The notes beneath the pieces are model-generated. The model saw only the letters and a list, made by a program, of their open reading frames with translations, was not told the origin of the DNA and made no database searches. A DNA stretch of 64,000 bases, taken from a virus. The DNA lies in the IMG/VR virus record IMGVR_UViG_3300041964_000099, positions 57,303 through 121,302 of that record; one strand, written 5' to 3'. Shown here one piece after another: positions 57,988-64,000 of this stretch. Made by a program: the position numbers and the translations under genes. Positions within the stretch are counted from its first letter, which is position 1. The number at the start of each line of letters is the position of its first letter.

Positions 57988-58648
57988 CTGTCCGTAGTGA
58001 CAAATTAACTGTCCTCAACTGTCCGTTTTGACAAATTAACTGTCCTCAACTGTCCGTTTTGACAAATTAAATGTCGCTGATGACAAATTAAGTGTCGCCT
58101 TTCAGTAATTAGTGACAAATTAAATGTCGCTGGTGACAAATTAATGTCATTGAGACAAATTCGTGTCGCCATCGGGCCGCTCACACACATTGTCAGCCCC
58201 GATCGCCTTGTGCAAAATTCTCAAATTAGGCGTCGCCTTCCTGCAAAATTCTCAAATTAATGTCGCAAATTGGAAATTCTCAAATTAATGTCGCTATTCT
58301 CAAATTAGTGTCGCTGGAGGCGATCGGAGTGACGTTCATTCGATCCGGGAAATCTTGCCCCTAGAATCTCTCGATCGCCCATTCTGCAAGGCTTCCAGAA
58401 CCGCGAAATTTTGGTGTGCTCGCATGGCTCAGCCCATCAAAAACGCCAAAATTCCTCAATTAGTCAATCGATCGCACATTCGATGTCGCTTTCCCGACTC
58501 GAACCGCTAAAACATCGCAGTATCAGGAGTTGCACAGCTTTTGGAGTGGTGAAATCTAACCGCTAAATTTGACTTTGCGACATCTAATTTGTCACTGACG
58601 ATCGCCCTTGAGCGACATTAATTTGAGAAAACGACACGAATTTGAGAA
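57978..58648. repeat. Array of CAAATT-N2-4-TGTC boxes (about 12 forward, 3 reverse)
   Basis: GACAAATTAACTGTC at 57999, 58030 (31-bp period), variants at 58061, 58082, 58114, 58135, 58154; TTCTCAAATTAATGTCGC at 58249, 58277; reverse copies near 58578, 58612, 58632. Confidence 0.85.
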
Positions 58649-60295
58649 TCAAGCATTTTCCAGCCAGGTGAAATCTAAATCGGCATTGCCACTAGCGAAC
58701 GCATAGACCAGAGCATCTGCAAAGTCAGGGCTGGAGACGCCGCGCTTATCCATTTCCTTTTTGCCTTCGATCAGAATGAGGCCCGTGTCCGTAAATTTGT
58801 AGAGCGGCTGCGACAATTCGGCAATTAGTTGAGCGTGGTTCGGAATTGAAATCAGTTCGTCAAACGGATGCTCTTTGATGCGATTGACATGCTCATACGT
58901 TTTCTCAAATCGCCGTCGCAATGTCCACCAGATTTCAGCTCGCGGATTCTTGAAAGTGTCTTTGGCTTCGCGATCGAATTCAGGCAGGAATCGATCGCGA
59001 CTCACTGTACCTGAACCGTAGATCGGCTGGAGTTGGAACGGTATGTTCTCAGCACTCTTGAGTGTGCCGCTGACGCCAGAGCCGACACCGTTGGCATCAT
59101 AGTTAAGCCGTTTGGTGCGGCGCAGTGTACACCAGTCGCGAGCGCGATAAGCGGTCTGAGTCGTGTTGCCCAGACTCCAGCTTTCGATATCTTCCATCCG
59201 CACGACAGGGCCACGTCGCATGATAATCACGTTCAGGTCTCCGCCCTCATCAGCGATGTCTAGACCGACGACGCGATCGCCCACCGCTGGCAGCGATAGC
59301 TCAACCGCAGCCATTACCCAAGCAGCCGGAATCGTTACGCCTTCTTGACTTGCAGCGTAATCGATGTCGATCTCTTGAGCTAACACGATCGGATCGAGCG
59401 TGTCCTTCATCTTGGCGTACCAAGCTGGCCCCTTGCGAGGGTCATCGCGCCAATTGAAGGTGAAAATTGAAAACTTTTTGCTGAATCGCTTCTTAGCAAA
59501 AGCATTACCCGTGCCGTTCGGGGTGGAGACGTAGATTTTTACGTCAGAGTTATTGCTAACAGCAGCGTCAACTTTTTGGGCGCGAGCGACGAAGGCAAAC
59601 TCATCCAGAAAATACAAGCGCGATCGCCCACCGCGGCCCATGTTGTCACCACTCTCGCCGGTGATGGTTGAGCCGTTATCTCCATTGTTGAATTTGAGGA
59701 AGCCATCGCTGAAGCGTTTCGGCTTCATCCACAGCGGAAGCTGGGCCAGAATCATCCGCGCTTTTTCAAACAGCGAGTCAGGGTCGCCAATTCGATCGAC
59801 CAGGATTTCTTTGCGCGACCCGAAGGTGATCTTGGCCCCTGGTACAAAGATGAACTGATGCACGGCGAAGCCAACACAGAGCCACGACAGGCCCATGTCA
59901 CGGCTTTTCTCGACTACGCCATCTTCCTTACCTCGGATGCGATCGATCAGCCATTCCAGATACTCTTCCTGGCGGCGAAACAGGTTGAATGGAATATTTG
60001 AGGGGGTGCGGCGCGGATCATATGTCCAGCACCAGTTTGAGATGAAATAGGCCGGAGATTTTCGGCACTTCTCCCACTCCTCGCCGCGATAGGCCATGTC
60101 CGTTCGGGCGCGATCGAACATGGCAACCCGTGTTTGGATTGCGGCTACCAGTTCTGGCTCAGCATTGTCAAGCTGGGGAATCGCGTCGATCGCCTGCTGC
60201 ACTCCAGGCGGATAGTGGCTGATCGTCTTGCGGCCACCGGCCTCAGTTCGCGATCGAGAGAACCCTTTATGAATTGCGCCAAAACTCCAGCCCAT
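58649..60295 (-). CDS. terL: Terminase large subunit
   Basis: VEKSRDMGLSW (Walker A region), YFLDEFAF (Walker B), VSTPNG, VGLDIA nuclease motif, SPDFADAL. Confidence 0.95.
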   Translation of the reverse strand: MGWSFGAIHKGFSRSRTEAGGRKTISHYPPGVQQAIDAIPQLDNAEPELVAAIQTRVAMFDRARTDMAYRGEEWEKCRKSPAYFISNWCWTYDPRRTPSNIPFNLFRRQEEYLEWLIDRIRGKEDGVVEKSRDMGLSWLCVGFAVHQFIFVPGAKITFGSRKEILVDRIGDPDSLFEKARMILAQLPLWMKPKRFSDGFLKFNNGDNGSTITGESGDNMGRGGRSRLYFLDEFAFVARAQKVDAAVSNNSDVKIYVSTPNGTGNAFAKKRFSKKFSIFTFNWRDDPRKGPAWYAKMKDTLDPIVLAQEIDIDYAASQEGVTIPAAWVMAAVELSLPAVGDRVVGLDIADEGGDLNVIIMRRGPVVRMEDIESWSLGNTTQTAYRARDWCTLRRTKRLNYDANGVGSGVSGTLKSAENIPFQLQPIYGSGTVSRDRFLPEFDREAKDTFKNPRAEIWWTLRRRFEKTYEHVNRIKEHPFDELISIPNHAQLIAELSQPLYKFTDTGLILIEGKKEMDKRGVSSPDFADALVYAFASGNADLDFTWLENA

Positions 60296-60305
60296 CAGGT
60301 TCTCC

Positions 60306-61052
60306 TTATGCCGCTTCGCCGGTCATCATTTCGACAAAGGCAGCTTTGATGCGCTCGCGAGCCTCATCCATGCGCTCACCCACGGTTTCAATCATTTCTT
60401 CAGGAATCCAACCGGCTTCCCTCAGCACATTCAACGCCTGAATCTCGTTTTGTTCGCTGGCTCCGGCTGCCGATCGCGCCAGGGCTGAAGCCGACTCCAT
60501 GCAAGTCGTGATGTCGCGGAATTGCCACTTAGCAGGCACGATCACAGCGGTCAGCGTCTCACCATCCTTGTCTACGGTGGTTTCCGTTTCAGTCAGTGGA
60601 TGAGCGAGCATCAGCTCTGCACGGGCGATCAGCTTTTGGGATAGCTCCCATTCCTTCTCACGCTGGTCTTCCCGTCGCTTCTCCCAATTGATCTTGGCTT
60701 TTTCCCAGCGCTTCTCGCTACGAGTCTGCTGGTATTTGTCCCATGCGACGGCGCGATCGACCCAGTTCCACTTCTTTGAAGCAGCTCGCCACGGTGGGGG
60801 CGCTGAGTTGGACTTTTTCTGACTTTTCTGCAACCGCTCATCGTTGTAGGCTCGCAGCAGCGATCGACTGCCACCAAGCAGTTTGAACTGTGCAAAGCGG
60901 ATGAACCACTCATCCGGTTCTTCAGTTTGTTGCTCCCAGATCTGATCGCTCACACTATTTCGGACGCTGCGGTAACGCTGATACGGCAATGCTTTCAGGA
61001 TTCCCGAATCCGACTGGAGAAGCGAAATACACCTGATGGCAGCCTGAAACAT
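60306..61052 (-). CDS. Terminase small subunit-like protein (start may be GTG 60953)
   Basis: WEQQTEE...F..F..LGGSRSL..AY...W...W.W..RA.AWD pattern directly upstream of terL. Confidence 0.65.
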   Translation of the reverse strand: MFQAAIRCISLLQSDSGILKALPYQRYRSVRNSVSDQIWEQQTEEPDEWFIRFAQFKLLGGSRSLLRAYNDERLQKSQKKSNSAPPPWRAASKKWNWVDRAVAWDKYQQTRSEKRWEKAKINWEKRREDQREKEWELSQKLIARAELMLAHPLTETETTVDKDGETLTAVIVPAKWQFRDITTCMESASALARSAAGASEQNEIQALNVLREAGWIPEEMIETVGERMDEARERIKAAFVEMMTGEAA

Positions 61053-61189
61053 CGGATTTTCAGGTCTGATCAGGCGATTTTCAGATCATTTGAGCAGTCA
61101 TCAGGCGATTCCCAGATAGTGATCAGATCCTGAAGCGCTGAAAGCTATATGGGGTAGGCTTTAGGGAAATACCGATCGAGTGCTGAATT

Positions 61190-61606
61190 ATGCAAAATGA
61201 CCAAAACCCTGACGCGCAACAGGTCAATGCAGGGATAGAGATCGAGTTTGCGATCGACCCTGAGCAGTTGCGACGGGCAAACGAAATCATGCAGCAGATG
61301 CAGCCGTTCGACCCTGAAGCGGTGCAAGATATCCCGCTAGGTCATGCGTTGCCGACGCCTTGCCGATGCGTTCAGTTCAGCCCATCGTTTCGCCTAGTGG
61401 AAGGGAAGCCTGTCCAGGTTCAGGGTGATTTGTTACGCCATTCTAGTCAGCCGACGCTGGAGGATGGTGATTTGGCAATTGGTTCGATTCCGAGCCATGC
61501 GGAACTGGTTGCAGAACTTTCACAGGCGCTCTACCAGCTCACCGATGCCGGTCTGATTCTGATCGAGGGCAAAAAAGAAGAGGATTCAAATTATGGAACT
61601 GGCTGA
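61190..61606 (+). CDS. Hypothetical protein ending in a copy of the TerL C-terminal segment
   Basis: SIPSHAELVAELSQALYQLTDAGLILIEGKKE matches TerL at 25/32 residues. Confidence 0.55.
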   Translation: MQNDQNPDAQQVNAGIEIEFAIDPEQLRRANEIMQQMQPFDPEAVQDIPLGHALPTPCRCVQFSPSFRLVEGKPVQVQGDLLRHSSQPTLEDGDLAIGSIPSHAELVAELSQALYQLTDAGLILIEGKKEEDSNYGTG

Positions 61607-62345
61607 CATTTTGCCGCAACTGACCGATTGGTTTCCAGTCGAAGACCACAAGAAACGGCAGCTTAAGGGCGGCGGTTCCTGGTACTTTATTCCCCATCAA
61701 GCGATTCGCGATCGCCTCAACCAGGTCTGTCCGGGCGAATGGTCAACCGAATATGATGGCCCTCATCTGACAGAAACGGGAGACCCCATCTACCACTGCC
61801 GATTGACCATTTGCGGCATTACCCGCACGGGCATTGGCGACAAAAGTAATGAGCCATCCCTCTATGGCACAGCCGCGCAGCGAGCCTTTCGCAAGGCATT
61901 TGTCGATAGTGCTGAAATGTTTGGAATTGGAGAATATTTAGACGAACAGAAGGACGATCGCACCAAGCGCAAATTCATCCAGTACATGCAGAAGAACGGC
62001 AATGGTGAGGCAGCCGTACTGCTGAAGGATCAGATGAGCGAAGGCGATACCACGGGCAAAGGCCGCAGCCCTGGCCCTCCCCCAAAGCAGAGCCGCCCGT
62101 TTGGTCAGAAAACCACAGCGGCAGTCGTTCGCGTCATTACAGAGGCCCAGCGCAAACGCCTGTTTGCGATCGCCACACAGGAGGGCAAATACAGTGATCA
62201 GGGCTTTCGCAGCTTGGTAGAAGCGGCTGGCTATGCCAGCTCTAAAGATATTTTGGTTAAAGACTACGACCGGCTGTGTGATGAGGCGAAAGATGTTCAA
62301 AAAGCCATCGATCATAACCGCAAGGCCCAAGGTGTCACCCCCTAG
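61593..62345 (+). CDS. Rad52/Rad22 (Sak-like) single-strand annealing protein
   Basis: FIPHQAIRDRLNQVCPGEW...CRLTICGITRTGIG...AFRKAF...FGIGEYL. Confidence 0.8.
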   Translation: MELADILPQLTDWFPVEDHKKRQLKGGGSWYFIPHQAIRDRLNQVCPGEWSTEYDGPHLTETGDPIYHCRLTICGITRTGIGDKSNEPSLYGTAAQRAFRKAFVDSAEMFGIGEYLDEQKDDRTKRKFIQYMQKNGNGEAAVLLKDQMSEGDTTGKGRSPGPPPKQSRPFGQKTTAAVVRVITEAQRKRLFAIATQEGKYSDQGFRSLVEAAGYASSKDILVKDYDRLCDEAKDVQKAIDHNRKAQGVTP

Positions 62346-62357
62346 AAAAGGAGCTTT

Positions 62358-63443
62358 ATGCAAACTTCCTACCGCAACCCGCAGGAGTTTTTTGACGGCA
62401 TTCTCCAGCAGCATCACCCCCAAAGAGTGACTGAGATGGAACCCAGAGAAATCGTCAACCTGTTAATTGCAGCGGCGCGGCAAGTTTATGTAGCCTCATA
62501 TGAGATCAGCAGAGTGCTGATGTCGCCAAGACTTTATTATCGGCTGAACAACCAAAGGTGTGATCCGGCGTTTGGTGTGGCGCGATCGACTTTGGAGGCA
62601 ATAAGTGAGGTGCTTGATGTAACGGTTCTGGCGATGGCAGCGCTGGAACTGAATGAGGAATCACAAGATTTCATCGTCCTGTGCGATCACCACATGATGT
62701 CTCTGCAAGGCCATCCCAGTCCGATAATTGGGCTAGAGGGGCTGCAAAGGTGTGGTCATTCTGCGATCGTTCTCATCTGTGGAGATGCGCCCTTACGACA
62801 GCGAAAATGGCTACTTAAAGGCGTGATGGATAGCGGCAGCTATGGCATCCTTGATGCGCGGCTAAACGGTGAGGACGTGCCAATCCAGCAGGCCGACGAT
62901 AATAGTCTCTCGATCATCATTCCGCACCACGATTTTGCGTTTGGGCCGCAACGGGATGATGTTGTCACAGCAGTGCTTGGCAGGCTGCCCGCTAAGGATG
63001 TTGAGATTAGCATTCAAGGCGATCGCAGAATGACTGCATTCTGCGATCGCCACGGGTTGAGAAAGCCTGATAACGATCGCCTGCTGTACAAAGGCACGAT
63101 TGCTAAATGCTCAATGCACTCGGCAGTCGATCTTGAAGCAGGCCAGTTCATCATTTTTGTAGAGCTGTTCACTTACGATCCGGTTGTGCCTTCAGAGCCG
63201 ACGCCTGAAGAGATTGACGCAGCGCGATCGCGCTTCAATACGTTGCAGAAAAGTTTGGTGATGCCAGAGGTTATGGCAGAGCTGCGTCAGGTTTTGTGGC
63301 AGCTTAGCTATTCCCCAGTTGAATACGATCGGCGGCTGGCTGAAGCAGTTCAGCGGTCGATGAAGGAACGGCGAAATAATCTGATGACCCCGACTGAATT
63401 TAAGATGATCGAAGAAAAGATGAGCCAACATGAACGCGGATAA
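62358..63443 (+). CDS. Hypothetical protein
   Basis: AAGGAG RBS; 361 aa. Confidence 0.65.
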   Translation: MQTSYRNPQEFFDGILQQHHPQRVTEMEPREIVNLLIAAARQVYVASYEISRVLMSPRLYYRLNNQRCDPAFGVARSTLEAISEVLDVTVLAMAALELNEESQDFIVLCDHHMMSLQGHPSPIIGLEGLQRCGHSAIVLICGDAPLRQRKWLLKGVMDSGSYGILDARLNGEDVPIQQADDNSLSIIIPHHDFAFGPQRDDVVTAVLGRLPAKDVEISIQGDRRMTAFCDRHGLRKPDNDRLLYKGTIAKCSMHSAVDLEAGQFIIFVELFTYDPVVPSEPTPEEIDAARSRFNTLQKSLVMPEVMAELRQVLWQLSYSPVEYDRRLAEAVQRSMKERRNNLMTPTEFKMIEEKMSQHERG

Positions 63444-63957
63444 ATCAGAGCTGTGGGGCGATGCTGTGATTGTCGGCATTGCCTTTTTGCTAGCGGGAGC
63501 AATGAATATTTGGCCCCAGTGGTCGCTCGTTTGGATGGGGCTGTTTGCCCTCATCACTTTGGTGTTTGCCGTGAAGTCACTGCGCTGGATTCGGATGAAT
63601 TCAATGCAGCGATCGAGCCAAATGAGAGTCACACACCGGCTCATTGAGTGGGCTGGGCAGCCCAAAGACGCGACGCCAGAAGCATTAGATCGGCTGGGTG
63701 CATGGTTGACATTTGTGCTGCCACAGTCAGAAATCTGTGACCTTTGGCTGAATGTGTATTCGATTGTGGCCCACCATCCTCAAGAGTTTGAGACACTGAA
63801 ATCGCTCAGCTCGCGACTGGTAATTTGTTCTAAGACTCTTGAATCACAACAGTTTGCGATGCGACTGTTGAAGGAAGTTAATAAAGTAAATGAGTTATCG
63901 CTCAACGACCTCGCTAGACTACTGAGAGAGTCTAGCGAGATCCGGCAAAATGGGTAG
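63430..63957 (+). CDS. Hypothetical membrane protein (two N-terminal TM helices)
   Basis: AVIVGIAFLLAGAM and WSLVWMGLFALITLVFAV. Confidence 0.65.
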   Translation: MNADKSELWGDAVIVGIAFLLAGAMNIWPQWSLVWMGLFALITLVFAVKSLRWIRMNSMQRSSQMRVTHRLIEWAGQPKDATPEALDRLGAWLTFVLPQSEICDLWLNVYSIVAHHPQEFETLKSLSSRLVICSKTLESQQFAMRLLKEVNKVNELSLNDLARLLRESSEIRQNG

Positions 63958-64000
63958 TGGCAAAGGATTTGGCAAAAAGCCGAATGGCGATCGCAGTTTG

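Larger units (their letters stand above)
1..64000. mobile_element. Temperate cyanophage / phage-plasmid (siphovirus-like; boundaries outside the window)
   Basis: Terminase, portal, capsid, tail tube and tape measure genes together with ParA, an iteron-containing initiator and a Rad52-like annealase. No integrase or host housekeeping genes seen. HIP1 octamers e.g. 463-470, 3601-3608, 4579-4586, 5410-5417. Confidence 0.85.

Noticed and set aside
57978-58648. Repeat array as a CRISPR mini-array
   Set aside because: Repeats are short, degenerate, irregularly spaced and in both orientations, with no unique 30-40 nt spacers and no cas genes.
1-64000. tRNA, rRNA, integrase, transposase or toxin-antitoxin operons
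   Set aside because: None recognised by eye. The HipA-like domains lack an adjacent HipB-type antitoxin and sit in the head module. A tRNAscan/HMM run would be needed to exclude them formally.

Overview
The window is almost entirely one temperate cyanophage-like element, probably a phage-plasmid or plasmid prophage. Evidence: a ParA plus small partner, an iteron-bearing initiator, no integrase in the window, and many cyanobacterial HIP1 octamers (GCGATCGC). Early, replication and recombination genes run on + at both ends (213-8796, 61190-63957). A long-tailed, siphovirus-like morphogenesis region lies mostly on - (10.9-61 kb): TerS/TerL, DUF1073-type portal, Mu F/G-like head proteins, DUF2213 protease/scaffold, DUF2184-type capsid, neck genes, tail tube, a 2540-aa tape measure and two fibre modules. 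The most unusual feature is a set of large head-region polyproteins carrying four alpha/beta-hydrolase domains, a J-domain, two HipA/PI3-4K-like kinase domains and a pyrophosphatase-like domain. Their domains are separated by R-x-D motifs and shared short linker modules, and R-x-D also occurs at the N-termini of the capsid and protease. This suggests cargo processed by the prohead protease (inference). Other notable items: a 25-bp element shared by the capsid and tail-tube leaders, a group-2-like sigma factor inside the structural region, a ~670-bp repeat array next to terL, a copy of the TerL C-terminus in a divergent gene, and several single-base frameshifts, two at A9/T9 runs. The frameshifts could be programmed slippage, decay or sequencing error. 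Family assignments come from motif recognition by eye, not database searches. No rRNA, tRNA or CRISPR array was seen.
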